Below are positions 20,672 through 31,696 of a DNA stretch of 64,000 nt, piece by piece. How positions within the stretch are numbered: the stretch's first letter is position 1; each line of letters begins with the position of its first letter. This stretch comes from Candidatus Bathyarchaeota archaeon (GTDB taxonomy: Archaea > Thermoproteota > Bathyarchaeia > Bathyarchaeales > Bathyarchaeaceae): assembly GCA_963697165.1 (NCBI GenBank), contig CAVOMX010000009.1:55554-119553 (forward strand), in the 5' to 3' direction. A program made the position numbers and the translations under genes. The notes under the pieces were generated by a model. The model was given only the letters and a program-made list of their open reading frames with translations, had not been told where the DNA came from and ran no database searches.

Positions 20672-20767
20672 ATGACCAGACATCACGGCATGACAAAAAA
20701 GACTGCTAAAAAGAAACAGAAGAGAACAAAGAAGAAGAGACAGAGACGGAGAAGTAAATCCAAGTAA
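20672..20767 (+). CDS. 31-aa Lys/Arg-rich microprotein
   Basis: Manual translation MTRHHGMTKKTAKKKQKRTKKKRQRRRSKSK*, with a TATA-like element upstream and a T tract downstream. Confidence 0.55.
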   Translation: MTRHHGMTKKTAKKKQKRTKKKRQRRRSKSK

Positions 20768-20887
20768 TTCAGCCAACTGATAAATATATCAGCTTTTTTA
20801 ATTAACGTTTAATCACTGAAAAACAAAACGCGTTTTTAGAACAACAATCACTGTTCTAAAGCGCCAAAACAATTTCTGTAAAAAGAT

Positions 20888-21487
20888 TTACTCGAGGGTG
20901 GCGTGAAGTTTCATCATTTCATCTTCAGTTTTTCCAAGACGATGCATAAGCTCAACAACCATGCTGTCAAGGAATACCATGCAGTTGTTCTCGAAGATGG
21001 ACCCTAAAGGAGACAAAGTTTCGCTTTCACCCAGAATCTGCCTAACCAGATAATCCTCCTCTTTGGGCCAACCAAGCTTTGTTCTACCGCCAATAGGCAT
21101 AACAAGATCAGCAAGACCTCCCAGCGGAGATTCAGCATATGAGGTGACGGCGACAACCTGTGCACCGATCTCTTTGGCTGTTGAGCTGGCAGTCAACGTT
21201 ATTTTGGTTGTTCCTGAACCAGAAATTGCTATAATCAGGTCGTCTTTTCCAGCGGCGGGCGTGATTGTTTCGCCTAGAAAGTAGACGGTTATTCCCATGT
21301 TCATAAGCCTTAGGGCAAAGGCGCGTCCAACAAAGCCACTTCGTCCTTGACCGACAACAAAGATTTTCTTGTTTCGTGAATCCAAGATTGTTTGGATGAA
21401 TTTTTCTGCCTTTTCCAGATCAAGCTCAGTCATTGCCTTTCTGGCGCCAGACAAAATCTCTTCAGATGCAGCCATCAACCATTTCAA
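20888..21487 (-). CDS. hxlB: 6-phospho-3-hexuloisomerase (SIS domain)
   Basis: Motifs GQGRSG, FALRLMNMG, GETITPA, ISGSGTT, PLGSIFE, HATLE. Confidence 0.92.
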   Translation of the reverse strand: MKWLMAASEEILSGARKAMTELDLEKAEKFIQTILDSRNKKIFVVGQGRSGFVGRAFALRLMNMGITVYFLGETITPAAGKDDLIIAISGSGTTKITLTASSTAKEIGAQVVAVTSYAESPLGGLADLVMPIGGRTKLGWPKEEDYLVRQILGESETLSPLGSIFENNCMVFLDSMVVELMHRLGKTEDEMMKLHATLE

Positions 21488-21588
21488 GGGTGTTCACAAT
21501 GGAGGGGAAACTAGCTCGTATGTTAAAAGTCTTTTCTAACAGTTCATGAAATCGACAAAAACAAACAGTGCCCGATTACAAAAGAGGC

Positions 21589-22401
21589 TCAGAGGGAAAG
21601 CAACGCCGTCAACGAGGGGATAGGAATATACAGCCAGACATAAACTGCAAGAAGTAGCATCAGAACAGAAACGAGGACAAGCATGTAGTCTGCTTTCTTT
21701 AGTTTGAGTTCATAGAGGTTTGTGCGTTTTTTGTTGGCACCCCAAGCTCGGGACTCCATTGACTCGGCTAACTCCAAACTTCTTCGGATGGCATTAACGA
21801 TCAGAGGAATGAGAATGGGAATGTAGTTTTTGACTCGTTTAAACAGGTTTCCGCGCTCCAGTTCCAATCCTCTTGCCTTCTGCGCATCCATGATTGTCTG
21901 TGCCTCGTCAGCCAACACAGGCACAAAACGAACTGCAGTTGTGAATGCGAAACAAAACTCGTAGGGGATGTGGCTCTGCTGTAGCGCCAAGCCTAGATGG
22001 TCAGGTGATGTTGTGAGAAAGAACACTGAGAATGATGATATTAGAACAACGAAACGTAGAGTCATTGCTGCTGAGCGCTCTAAAAGCACCAAGATGAGAT
22101 TATCAGCGGGTGTTCCTTCCTGAATTGCTGTTGGAAAAAAGTATCCGAAGATAAAGTTGGTTGCAAAGATGAAGATTGCTAAAAATGCGGCGCCTCTTAA
22201 GGAACGTAACCATTGTCGGTTAACTTTTGCAATAAAAACGAAGGGTAAAGGTATGAAGAACAGTATAGTAAGTGCTATCAGCTTGGTGAATAGGATCGCC
22301 ATCACGAACAGGACTGACACAAAGAAAAACTTGATTCTTGGGTCTAAATCATGGACTACAGAAGAGACTTTCCTGAATTTGAAGCCTTCAAAGACGCTCA
22401 T
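21589..22401 (-). CDS. ecfT: ECF transporter transmembrane T component
   Basis: Motifs LDPRIK, RFVPVL, AQKARG, MESRAW. Confidence 0.92.
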   Translation of the reverse strand: MSVFEGFKFRKVSSVVHDLDPRIKFFFVSVLFVMAILFTKLIALTILFFIPLPFVFIAKVNRQWLRSLRGAAFLAIFIFATNFIFGYFFPTAIQEGTPADNLILVLLERSAAMTLRFVVLISSFSVFFLTTSPDHLGLALQQSHIPYEFCFAFTTAVRFVPVLADEAQTIMDAQKARGLELERGNLFKRVKNYIPILIPLIVNAIRRSLELAESMESRAWGANKKRTNLYELKLKKADYMLVLVSVLMLLLAVYVWLYIPIPSLTALLSL

Positions 22402-23219
22402 GATTTTTTCCTCAGCCGATTTAACAGAATCTTAGTGGCTTCATGAACATCAATAACGTCCGTTGGCAACCCAAAATCAGCCAGTTCCAGAAAAATCTGA
22501 GTTATCTGAGGAGGCACAATCGAAGCCTGCGCCAACAACTTGGGGTTAGTCAAAATCTTTTCCGCTTTGCCATCAACCAAAATTTTTCCTTGGCTCATCA
22601 ATATAACACGGGGATTACATTCAGCCACAAACTCAACATCATGAGTGACAACAACAACAGTCTTCTTTTGTGCATTTAATTGCAGGATAAACTGCTGCAG
22701 TTTCTCTTTTTGCTGATGATCCTGACCAATAGTTGGTTCGTCTAAAACGATTATCTTAGGGTCCCAAGCAAGTATCGAAGCTAAAGCAACACGTTTTCGT
22801 TCTCCGCCGCTTAGCATAAAGGGCGATGTCTTTCGATACTGAAGAATATCCAACAAATTCAGAGCCCAGTCAATCTGTTTCTCTATAACAGCAGGTTCGA
22901 AACCAAAGTTTTTGAGGGCAAATGCAATCTCGTCCTCCACGGTCTCGCTGAACAATTGATGATCGGGATTCTGAAACACGAAACCAACGTTTCGAGCCAG
23001 CTGGGCAACACTTACATCGCGGGTGCTTACGCCGTCAACTAGGACCTCGCCTTTGGTTGGCTTCAAGAGCCCGTTGAAGTGTTTCACTAGAGTAGTTTTT
23101 CCTGCTCCGTTTTGTCCCATGATAGCCAAGAATTCGCCGTCATTGATGGTGAGGTTGATTCCCCTCAGGGCTTCAAGACCAGTAGAGTATGTGTAGTAGA
23201 GATCTTTGACTTCAAGCAC
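22398..23219 (-). CDS. ecfA2: ECF transporter ATPase
   Basis: Motifs GQNGAGKTT, FQNPDHQLF, LSGGERKRVA, LDEPT. Confidence 0.92.
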   Translation of the reverse strand: MLEVKDLYYTYSTGLEALRGINLTINDGEFLAIMGQNGAGKTTLVKHFNGLLKPTKGEVLVDGVSTRDVSVAQLARNVGFVFQNPDHQLFSETVEDEIAFALKNFGFEPAVIEKQIDWALNLLDILQYRKTSPFMLSGGERKRVALASILAWDPKIIVLDEPTIGQDHQQKEKLQQFILQLNAQKKTVVVVTHDVEFVAECNPRVILMSQGKILVDGKAEKILTNPKLLAQASIVPPQITQIFLELADFGLPTDVIDVHEATKILLNRLRKKS

Positions 23220-24060
23220 ACTTCAGGACCTCCCGTAGAAGATTCACTATTTCCTCTGGAGTAACTGGAACAGATTTCAGGTCTACACCATTTTTCTTGA
23301 GATTCTGATACAGTTTTGTTGCTTTCGGGATGCCAACGCCAATCAGATGAGCAGTTTCAGAAGTGAATATTTCTCTTGGATTACCAGTTAAGGCGACTTT
23401 GCCGTTATTCATGACAATAACGTGATTGGCGTATTTTGCAGCAAGGTCAAGCCGATGCTCAACCAGAATAATTGTGATGCCAAATTTTTGGTTTAATTCG
23501 TTGATGACCTCAAAAATTTTTTCAGCTCCCAGCGGATCAAGAAAAGATGTTGGTTCATCTAGTATCATGACGTCAGGCTGCATAGCAAGCACAGAGGCTA
23601 TTGCTACCCGCTGCTGTTGTCCACCTGAAAGCTCATGGGGTGGTCTTTCAGCAAGTTCGCTTATTCCCGCCATTTGAAGTGCCCAATCGACACGTTTTCT
23701 CATTTCGTCACGGGGCACGGCAAGGTTTTCTAGACCAAACGCTACGTCCTTTTCGACAGATAGGGCGAACAGCTGGTTTTCGGGGTTCTGGAAAACAAGT
23801 CCTACGTGACGGGCGAGTTGGTGAATCTGATGTTCAGCTACATTGAGACCAGCGACTTCGATTTTTCCTTCTAGGGTTCCGTTGTAGAAATGAGGTATAA
23901 GACCGTTGAAGCATCTACAAAGGGTTGTTTTTCCGCAGCCGCTTGGACCAGTTAAGATAACAAAGTCGCCTTTATTTATTGTCATGGATACCTCTTCGAT
24001 GGAAGGTTTTGTTGCACCCGGATAAGTGTATGTTAGGTCTTTTGTCTCGATTACAGCCAA
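23212..24060 (-). CDS. ecfA1: ECF transporter ATPase
   Basis: Motifs GPSGCGKTT, FQNPENQ, LSGGQQQR, LDEPT. Confidence 0.92.
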   Translation of the reverse strand: MAVIETKDLTYTYPGATKPSIEEVSMTINKGDFVILTGPSGCGKTTLCRCFNGLIPHFYNGTLEGKIEVAGLNVAEHQIHQLARHVGLVFQNPENQLFALSVEKDVAFGLENLAVPRDEMRKRVDWALQMAGISELAERPPHELSGGQQQRVAIASVLAMQPDVMILDEPTSFLDPLGAEKIFEVINELNQKFGITIILVEHRLDLAAKYANHVIVMNNGKVALTGNPREIFTSETAHLIGVGIPKATKLYQNLKKNGVDLKSVPVTPEEIVNLLREVLKCA

Positions 24061-24121
24061 GTTTGGTCCGCCAGCTTATTGCAATTTTTAGTTCATTTAA
24101 GAGTAGCTACCCAAAAAAGGG

Positions 24122-25105
24122 TTATTTTAACCTCTTTTTTATTAGTTTCGCACAAAAATTGAGACAAGCATTTACATCTCCGTCACCGTTTGCACCAGCA
24201 GAAACAGAGTGCCCCCCGCCCATGCCTCCCAAAAATTCGCCCACAGGAGTTGCCAAATCGCGACCCATGTGAAGGTCAGTCTCTTTGTAGAATTCGCTAG
24301 AAGCTCTAAAACTAACCTGAATTTTATCCCCCTTTTTGCCAGCGACAACCGCAACATGAGCACCCAACGCGATGAGTCCCCGAGCCGCTGAGGCTTGATA
24401 TGCGCTAACGTGAGAAAGAGCAATCAGCCAAAAGTTAATTTTTAGAAGCTTTATTCGGGTACTAGCTTTCAGTCGTGCCATGCGCTCTGAGTGTGCCATG
24501 GGCAACGAGAGAACTGGAAGCGTTTCTTGCGCGTTTACTCCGGCGTCTACAAGTTCAGCCACAACTTTTAGGGTTTCAGAAGTGGCTATGACAAAATGTC
24601 GGGAGTCGAAGGCTAATCCAAGAAAGAGCGCTTTTGCCTCGTCTGCGGATGGCAATATTTTTGCCTCTTTGAAGAGACGATAAACAACCTCACAGGTGGA
24701 TGAGGCAGTTTCGTCTGACACAAAAACGGTTGCCATGTGTTCGGTTTCGGGGTGGCTTGCATGATGGTCAATTACGACTAGGGGGCGATCAGGAGTGATT
24801 AGTTCGCTCCATTCATCCAGCTGTTGAATAGTGTTTGTGTCCAGTAAAACAATCAGGTCAGCCGTTTCGATTCGAGGCTCAGATGTAAGTTCTATGGGAA
24901 GAACAGTCATCACAGATTTAGAAAGCCTGCTGGGTCCAGAAGCCGCCGCAATCTCAGTTTCCATGTTTGGTCTTAGGCACTTTAGTAGTCCTTTGAAGGC
25001 GAAGGCGGAGCCTATGGCATCTGGATCAGCGTTGTGGTGACATAAAAGAACGGCTAGCTTGGCATCAAGCTTGTCTATTAGGGCTACTATTTCTTGGATT
25101 TGCAC
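24122..25105 (-). CDS. DHH/DHHA1 family phosphoesterase
   Basis: Motifs HHNADPDA, LLDT, IDHH, GGGH. Confidence 0.9.
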   Translation of the reverse strand: MQIQEIVALIDKLDAKLAVLLCHHNADPDAIGSAFAFKGLLKCLRPNMETEIAAASGPSRLSKSVMTVLPIELTSEPRIETADLIVLLDTNTIQQLDEWSELITPDRPLVVIDHHASHPETEHMATVFVSDETASSTCEVVYRLFKEAKILPSADEAKALFLGLAFDSRHFVIATSETLKVVAELVDAGVNAQETLPVLSLPMAHSERMARLKASTRIKLLKINFWLIALSHVSAYQASAARGLIALGAHVAVVAGKKGDKIQVSFRASSEFYKETDLHMGRDLATPVGEFLGGMGGGHSVSAGANGDGDVNACLNFCAKLIKKRLK

Positions 25106-25389
25106 TTGAGTTCCCTCAAGTATTCTTCAATGTGGGCAAAGGCTCGTTTTGTTGCTTCTTTTGTTAATGATTCGACATCGAAGTCTTTCATTAGGGGGGA
25201 TAAAACAACGTTTACGTCAACGTTTACAGTTATGGGTTTTGTTCCTTCGGCGTCCACTGCAACGTCGAGGGTGACTATTCTGCTAGTTGATACTTTGTAT
25301 AGGACGTATTCTCTGGCAGCCTGTTCTGCGCCCTCACATAACTCTGCGACTTGTTCAAGATTTAGTTCGGGAATTCCATTCTCTGCCAA
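25087..25389 (-). CDS. DUF3194-like archaeal protein
   Basis: 100-aa protein in the conserved position after prefoldin beta; AAREYV...LDVAV pattern. Confidence 0.7.
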   Translation of the reverse strand: MAENGIPELNLEQVAELCEGAEQAAREYVLYKVSTSRIVTLDVAVDAEGTKPITVNVDVNVVLSPLMKDFDVESLTKEATKRAFAHIEEYLRELKCKSKK

Positions 25390-25401
25390 GAGGTCTTCAT
25401 C

Positions 25402-25770
25402 CTAAGCAGAACCTGATACTGGACGCAAGTCCTGCTGTAGCTTCTCCTGCAGGTCCTTCACTTGGGTTCGAAGGCGCTCCTCCTGTTTTGCTAGGACGTC
25501 AACTCTCATCTTCACAAGCTCTTTACGTTCAGTTAATTCTGTTGTAACCTTGTCCTTTTCTGCTTTAACAAGAAGTGCACCGATGGACTTGTAGACTACC
25601 GCAGTTTCATTTAGCTTCTCTAGCTCGCTTACTGCCTGCTCAACCTCTGTGAGTTGCAGTTCAAGCTGCTGTTTCTGGCTCATTACTCCCTGTAGAGTTT
25701 GTTGCAACTGTTGAAGCCTAAGCAACCGTTGCTGAATTTGGGGTGGAAGTCTCGAAATATCTTCGCTCAT
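25402..25770 (-). CDS. pfdB: prefoldin beta subunit
   Basis: LPPQIQQ, VYKSIGALLVK and long coiled coils. Confidence 0.95.
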   Translation of the reverse strand: MSEDISRLPPQIQQRLLRLQQLQQTLQGVMSQKQQLELQLTEVEQAVSELEKLNETAVVYKSIGALLVKAEKDKVTTELTERKELVKMRVDVLAKQEERLRTQVKDLQEKLQQDLRPVSGSA

Positions 25771-25920
25771 CTTATACTCCTCAAACCTTTGTCTCTGAAT
25801 TCCTTCAGCTTAAATAACTTGGCGTATATTAAGCGTTTTCACTAAAGAAACCACATGACCAATAACGGTTATGCCATCAATCATAACCCACAGAGTTACT
25901 ACAACAAAAAAAGTGTTTTA

Positions 25921-26169
25921 TTACAGGTCCGTTAATTTTTGGAGGTTCATTGCCACGCCAATCAACCGCAAATACGAGTTCATGGACGCCCTCAATGCCG
26001 AAGTGTCTTTTGCCTTGAAATCTAAAATCAAACTTTGACCCTCGGTAGTCATGTGAACTTTTGAGCGGCTAGTAGATGATGTCTCGGTTTCGGGCTTCAG
26101 CGCCTGCAAAACTACATGCAACTGTTTTTCTGAAGAAAAGTTTAGGCGGACAACAGCCTGAGCCTTCAT
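25921..26169 (-). CDS. pcc1: KEOPS complex subunit Pcc1
   Basis: ALKPE...AKDTSALRASMNSYLR; conserved operon position. Confidence 0.92.
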   Translation of the reverse strand: MKAQAVVRLNFSSEKQLHVVLQALKPETETSSTSRSKVHMTTEGQSLILDFKAKDTSALRASMNSYLRLIGVAMNLQKLTDL

Positions 26170-26717
26170 GATGGAACTTCCCAAATCAGCCTTGACACCG
26201 TGAGTCTAGGTCCTACTTCAAGCATTCTACTAAGAAGCATAAACGTGACTTGAAGTCGCCGTGAAGAGTCAAACGACAAATGCATTGAAGCATGATGATT
26301 CTCACATGCATCATCTAAAGACAGAACAGGCAAACCAAAATACTGCGACAGCCGCCCAGCTGTTCGTTCTATCTCACGAGAAGATTTAGGCTCCAATGTA
26401 ATCACAGACGAGCGGACACGGCTTGTGCATTCTTTTAGCTCTCTTCGCAAACGTATCCCAGACATCAACATCAACGGAGAAACAGGCTTTAATCCAGTTG
26501 AGGATAACAAAAAAAGACTGACTTTTCCTGGTCCACCGTGCCATCGATCAACAATAATTATGCGGTCGGCGTCAAGCTCAATCGCCTTCTCGGCTACGCC
26601 ATCCTGACTCATCTTTCCACGATTAACGCGAACAACATCAGGAATAGAGCAGGCTAAATCGCGACAAAACGTTCGTATCCTTCCAGTTGGTCTCCGAGAG
26701 GTAGTCAACAAAATCAA
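26166..26717 (-). CDS. Brix-domain ribosome biogenesis protein (Imp4-like)
   Basis: Motifs LLTTSRRPT, RVNRGK, EVGPRL. Confidence 0.9.
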   Translation of the reverse strand: MILLTTSRRPTGRIRTFCRDLACSIPDVVRVNRGKMSQDGVAEKAIELDADRIIIVDRWHGGPGKVSLFLLSSTGLKPVSPLMLMSGIRLRRELKECTSRVRSSVITLEPKSSREIERTAGRLSQYFGLPVLSLDDACENHHASMHLSFDSSRRLQVTFMLLSRMLEVGPRLTVSRLIWEVPS

Positions 26718-26776
26718 CTTTAATACACCTCACCAAAAAAAGGTGACCAAGAAGGCTTTCGCCTTATTGGCTTTTC

Positions 26777-27055
26777 TTAGTCTTCTGAAGAAGAGGACAG
26801 GCTCTTCACTTGACGCTTCGCCACAACCCCAAGCTTCGTAACTGGGGTATAGGCGCCGCCAGCAAAGGTTACACTGCATTTCTTGCAGTTCCAGACGCCA
26901 ACACTCACTCTTGAGACCGCCTCAGCGCCACATTGTGGGCACTTGTGGGTCCGCCTGAGTTCTGTGAGTACCTTCACGTAACGTTTTCTGAGTGAAGCGC
27001 CGTAGCGAGTACCAAGCCCTCTAGTCATAGCAACTTTTTTTGTATTTCTTCCCAT
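26777..27055 (-). CDS. rpl37ae: 50S ribosomal protein L37Ae (eL43)
   Basis: Motifs GTRYGASLRK, CPQC...GVWNCKKC, GGAYTP. Confidence 0.96.
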   Translation of the reverse strand: MGRNTKKVAMTRGLGTRYGASLRKRYVKVLTELRRTHKCPQCGAEAVSRVSVGVWNCKKCSVTFAGGAYTPVTKLGVVAKRQVKSLSSSSED

Positions 27056-27855
27056 CAGTTTTTAACCACGATTTTTCTTAATTCTGCAGTCTTTTCTATG
27101 GCAATCTTGGTGGCTTCCGATATCTCATCTCGGGTAAAGTAGCCAGAACCGCCACCCTTCTGTATGGCACAGATGTTTCCGTCTTTGTTCAGGGTCATCG
27201 TCAATCGTGCATCCATAACCTGCTCCTCATCAAGTCCAGTGTCCAATATGAGCTTATCGCCTATCTTAGCGAAAGTAACTGCTATTGGATAGTCAACCAT
27301 CGGAAGTGGATTATAGCCAGGTTTCTTCACGATTGCGCAGTCTTCCACAGTATACTTGAACATCTTCGTGTTGATTAGAGCCGCCAAGGCTGCCATAGCC
27401 GAAGCATCAATGAGGTTTCCGTCATGGTTGAGAACATAAACATCCACGAAAACCACGAACACCATTTTACCAGACTCGACACAAAGCTTCTCCAAGTCAA
27501 TAGCCTTCGATTCACGTATACCCCTATCCACAACTCGAGCCAACTCCACAGCCATCTCGCCGGGTGGACCAGGCTCAAAATCTGGAGACGCAAGGGGCAC
27601 AAGTTCAGCATTAACAGTTAGAACACCCTTGTCAGGCACATCTGCAAATGGAGTCCCAGTTCCGACTTTAACGCCTACTAGAACTTCAGTTTTGCCTAAA
27701 CGCACCCGAGCAGAACCTTCGGCACGTTCGATTACTCCCGATTCTATTTGAATTTCTCGGTAGTCTGTTAATCCTCGTCCGTCGGTTCTTTTTCCGCTCG
27801 CGAGAAGTTCAGTGATTCGTTTTTTATTAATATTCACAACAATTGATTTGGTCAT
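27055..27855 (-). CDS. rrp42: exosome complex component Rrp42
   Basis: Motifs [41 protein letters not shown]. Confidence 0.96.
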   Translation of the reverse strand: MTKSIVVNINKKRITELLASGKRTDGRGLTDYREIQIESGVIERAEGSARVRLGKTEVLVGVKVGTGTPFADVPDKGVLTVNAELVPLASPDFEPGPPGEMAVELARVVDRGIRESKAIDLEKLCVESGKMVFVVFVDVYVLNHDGNLIDASAMAALAALINTKMFKYTVEDCAIVKKPGYNPLPMVDYPIAVTFAKIGDKLILDTGLDEEQVMDARLTMTLNKDGNICAIQKGGGSGYFTRDEISEATKIAIEKTAELRKIVVKN

Positions 27856-28592
27856 TCTTCTTTAGCCTCCTTAGCTGAAACATACTTTGATTTTAACGCT
27901 TCCTTCTGAAGTGCATACAGTTTCTTGCAGCCTTCAAGAGCCATATCCACGGCAGTATCAAACTCGTCAACAGACAGATTTCCATCCATCTGCAGCAAGG
28001 TTATGGCTTTCAGATTAGGCATATATGCTACGGGCACATCAGCTTCGCCGACCTTATCTTCGGTATCCATAAGATCAAGAGCAATTTTTCCGTCAGCTTT
28101 ACCAGCTGCGCAAGCCACAACTAAGTCGCGCATGGGAATTCCGGCGTCCGCCAATGCAAGAGCAGCCGCAGTGATGCCTGCACATCTTGTTCCTCCGTCT
28201 GCTTGTAAGATTTCGATATATACTTGAATTGATGTTCGGGGATAGTATTCGAGAAAAATTGCGGGCTCTAAAGCTTCTCGAATAACCTTGGAAAGTTCAA
28301 CGTCTCTTCTTGAAGGTGCAGGAGACTTTCTTTCGTCAACCGAAAAGGGAGCCATGTGATAACGACATTGAATGACAGCGCGATCCTGTTGTGCAATGTG
28401 TCGTGGATGAGCCTCTTTAGGTCCATAGACTCCTACGAGAATCTTGTTTCTTCCCTGTTCCAGATATGCAGAACCATCAGCGTTAGGGATAACTCCGACC
28501 TCCATCTTCACGGGTCGTAACTCATCCAATTTGCGGCCATCTAAACGGATACCTTTCTTATCAATCAATTTTTCAGATTTTTTAGGTGTCAT
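27852..28592 (-). CDS. rrp41: exosome complex exonuclease Rrp41
   Basis: Motifs [37 protein letters not shown]. Confidence 0.96.
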   Translation of the reverse strand: MTPKKSEKLIDKKGIRLDGRKLDELRPVKMEVGVIPNADGSAYLEQGRNKILVGVYGPKEAHPRHIAQQDRAVIQCRYHMAPFSVDERKSPAPSRRDVELSKVIREALEPAIFLEYYPRTSIQVYIEILQADGGTRCAGITAAALALADAGIPMRDLVVACAAGKADGKIALDLMDTEDKVGEADVPVAYMPNLKAITLLQMDGNLSVDEFDTAVDMALEGCKKLYALQKEALKSKYVSAKEAKEE

Positions 28593-28620
28593 CGTTTCTC
28601 TCTCTCCTTTAGTTTTCTTT

Positions 28621-29322
28621 TTATTTGCTTTCAACTGCTTTTCTTTCCTTTCTAATCATCTCAGTTACTTTGTCAGTTAACCCACTCGTGTGAGATTCTT
28701 TTTCAATTTTGCGAAGAGCCATAACAGCAATCCGCTCATCATCATAAGACCGGCCAGTAAGAAGAACCAAACCATTCTGACCAATAGTCAACTGACAACC
28801 GGTTTCCCTCTTTATCATACCCACCATGGAGCCTTGTCTACCGATAATCCGCGGAATCTTTGTGGGAGTAACCTCAACCAACTGACCCCGCATAATCTTT
28901 CCTAGACCTGGTTCACGGACGCTCAACTGTGGGTCGCGGGTTCGATCATATTCAACTACATTGGCGATAATCAGATCGCCCACATCAAAGATGGAAGGCA
29001 AATCTGTTGTTTCCGGTTTAAAGGAGCGCTCAACAACTTCGGATGCTCTAAGCCTAGCAAGATGCGGAGCTTTGATGTCTATAACCCAACCACCAGGCGT
29101 TGTTTCAACGACTTTTCCGATAACTGTGTCTCCGGGAACTGGAATGTAAAATGCTTTAAGGGCAACGACTTGAACTCTTTTACCGTCATAATCAACAAGT
29201 CCAAGGCGGCAAGCATAGATTTTTGTATTCTCTTTATATGTACTGTCTCCGGATACATAATCACCTTCGGCGAGAAGGTCACCAGGCGTAACAAGCTGTT
29301 TTTTTTCATAGAAAAGTGGCAT
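28621..29322 (-). CDS. rrp4: exosome complex RNA-binding protein Rrp4
   Basis: VTPGDLL, an S1 domain, KH motif [18 protein letters not shown]. Confidence 0.95.
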   Translation of the reverse strand: MPLFYEKKQLVTPGDLLAEGDYVSGDSTYKENTKIYACRLGLVDYDGKRVQVVALKAFYIPVPGDTVIGKVVETTPGGWVIDIKAPHLARLRASEVVERSFKPETTDLPSIFDVGDLIIANVVEYDRTRDPQLSVREPGLGKIMRGQLVEVTPTKIPRIIGRQGSMVGMIKRETGCQLTIGQNGLVLLTGRSYDDERIAVMALRKIEKESHTSGLTDKVTEMIRKERKAVESK

Positions 29323-29345
29323 ATTTAAAACCTCAAGAATTTATT

Positions 29346-30036
29346 TCATTTTACCAATTTTGCTTCAATGTTTCCTCGGGTCATTTTCCCCAATTTGTCC
29401 AAGAGAGGCCCGTAAAGGCCAGCAGACATTTCCACGGTAGCAGACCAAGACCCGTCAGTCTGCCACTGGTCCCTCTTTAGCGTTCCATAGCCTTTAACGG
29501 TTCCGTAAACTTTGCTTGCGTGTTCTGGAGGTGACATGAATGTCAACTGTGATTTTCTCCATTTTCAGGGGAATAATTGGACGTAGGAGCTTTATTATGT
29601 CTTTTGATTGTTCTTCTGTGGTTTTGTGAGGATCAATAGAAAAGTGAATCTCTTTCATTGCCTGTTCAATTCGTATGGGAGGGTGAGGAAGGTTCGTTTT
29701 CGGATCAATACATTCACGTGATATGAAGGAAATGATTTGTTTCCGTTTGTCTTCAACAAGCTGTTTCCTTTGATCAGTAGTTAACTGAAGATCACCTTTC
29801 TTAAGAATAATCTCAGCTATTTTGAGTGAATCAGTTGTTTTGAAGACTTGCTGCAACTTCTCTTCTGACGCTTTTGAGCCTTTTCCAGCGTCAGTGAAGA
29901 TTGTTTCTGTGACTAAAATTTGAGAAATAGGGATGGTTTTTCCGAGCTTGTATTCGAGAGCAGGCTCAGGCTTAGTTAAGATTTCGAAGTGTTCGCCATC
30001 TTGAGTGATGCGCGCGATTGTGTAGCGTTCGCTCAT
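29346..30036 (-). CDS. ribosome maturation protein SBDS/Sdo1 (one frameshift near 29540)
   Basis: Motifs GEHFEIL, LQLTTDQRK, IDPKTNLPHPPIRIE, WQTDGSW. Confidence 0.93.
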
Positions 30037-30788
30037 TAAGTTCCACTGCCCTCAAGCCCTCTTTGGATAGCCTCAACTTTCTCGTCGTCCAGTGCTTGGA
30101 ACTTTTTTGTATCTGCGGGAATAATGCTTATTTTGATTCGTTTTGGCTCGCCTCTGGCTTCAAGGGATTTAGTTAAACATTTAGCAGCAAGTTTTATGGC
30201 GTCATCTAAGCTGAGGTCCGCACGATAATCCTCCTTAAGGATACCTTCAACTATTTCACGACCAATACCCACAGACACCGCCTTGTAGCCCCTGTAAGAG
30301 CCGCTTGGATCGGTTGTAAATACTCTGCATCCTGTTTTGTCGACTCCACCAAAGATGATTGAAACACCAAAGGGCCTTACTCCTGCGTGCTGAGTGTAAA
30401 GCTGCTTCACGTCTCCGACACGTTTTGTCATAATTTCAACATCTATGGGTTCATCATATGTTAGCCGATTACTTTGGGCATATATTCTAGCTTGGTCAAT
30501 TAGTATACGAGCGTCAGATCCCAAACCAACAACTGCTGCTCCAAGATGATCATCTACGCCATAAATTTTCCAAGTGAAGTCAGTATCTTGAAGGGGAGTT
30601 TCAATTTTTTCTTCTGCGCCTAAGACAACTCCTTTTGAGCAGACAATCCCAATTATTGTTGCGCCGCGGTTTACCGTTTCTAGGGCATATTCAACCTGAA
30701 ATAGACGGCCATCTGGAGAAAACACGGTAATGGCACGATCATAAGCTCCGGGTGCAGCAAATACAGACAAACCATTCACCTCATACAT
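30036..30788 (-). CDS. psmA: proteasome alpha subunit
   Basis: Motifs YDRAITVFSPDGRLFQVEYA, TQHAGVRPFGVS, TDPSG. Confidence 0.97.
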   Translation of the reverse strand: MYEVNGLSVFAAPGAYDRAITVFSPDGRLFQVEYALETVNRGATIIGIVCSKGVVLGAEEKIETPLQDTDFTWKIYGVDDHLGAAVVGLGSDARILIDQARIYAQSNRLTYDEPIDVEIMTKRVGDVKQLYTQHAGVRPFGVSIIFGGVDKTGCRVFTTDPSGSYRGYKAVSVGIGREIVEGILKEDYRADLSLDDAIKLAAKCLTKSLEARGEPKRIKISIIPADTKKFQALDDEKVEAIQRGLEGSGT

Positions 30789-30994
30789 TAACTACGTTTT
30801 GTCTCTGATGTAATAGGACGGAACTAAAAACCTTTTCGTATTTACCGCAGATTTTATGTTAAAGTCCACTTTAGGCTTCTGTAAATAATGTTGCAGGAGC
30901 GCCAGAAAACAAAAGGTGCATTCATATTAGGAGACTAATAACAGCTGATTGTTGAAAACAGCCTTTTTTCAGGAAAACATATCTACAACAAATC

Positions 30995-31696
30995 TCAGTT
31001 GGTCATTTTCTGGGCAACCACCATGACATGTGCCTTGTCAAACGGTTCAAGACCAACAACTTGACTGACACAAAATCCTCTAGACTCCAAAATCGCAATC
31101 TCCTTCTGGAAAACCACAGACGGCTCTTTTGTCACATCTATACTTTGAGCCTTAATTGTCAAGATAACCCAGCCGTCATCAGCAAGAAACATGTCAGCAT
31201 TATCTGCCAAAATCCGAGCCTGCTCAGGCTGCGCAACATCACAGTAAACGCTATTCACCCGCTCCACCATCCGCGAATAGGATTCCGGCAAGCGTGCATC
31301 CGCCAAAATAGGCGACATGTTATAACGAAAAGCAGCAACGCTGTTGACCAGTTCACGTAGGGAACGCGAAGCAAACTCGACACAGTACACATGTCCTTCT
31401 TCACCAACAATGTCAGAAACGTGGCTTGCAGTTGTTCCTGAAGCAGCGCCCAGATACAATACCTTCTGGTTGGGGTATATGGGAACAGAGTCTAAGCCCT
31501 TTAGTATGCCAGCCGCAAGCTTGCTTCGGTAAGGGTCCCAGAGCCTGTATTCGCTGCCTTTAAAATTGACGAGCCGTTCCCCATAAACGGCTTTTTCCGG
31601 AACCAAGTTCTTGGTGCCTAACTTCCGTGAGCCATCCTCTAGAGTAACCCAGTAAATCTCTGGAAAAAATGGATGTGACTTAACGTTTATTGCCAC
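30995..31696 (-). CDS. flpA: fibrillarin-like rRNA/tRNA 2'-O-methyltransferase
   Basis: Motifs YRLWDPYRSKLAA, VLYLGAASGTTASHVSD, DVAQPEQA. Confidence 0.97.
   Translation of the reverse strand: MAINVKSHPFFPEIYWVTLEDGSRKLGTKNLVPEKAVYGERLVNFKGSEYRLWDPYRSKLAAGILKGLDSVPIYPNQKVLYLGAASGTTASHVSDIVGEEGHVYCVEFASRSLRELVNSVAAFRYNMSPILADARLPESYSRMVERVNSVYCDVAQPEQARILADNADMFLADDGWVILTIKAQSIDVTKEPSVVFQKEIAILESRGFCVSQVVGLEPFDKAHVMVVAQKMTN

Noticed and set aside
1014..30036. Programmed frameshifting or mass pseudogenisation (propeller, helicase, apgM, hom, lysC, SBDS)
   Set aside because: The breaks are small indels, often near homopolymers, and hit conserved housekeeping genes, which fits long-read error. 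True decay of the propeller genes cannot be fully excluded without reads.
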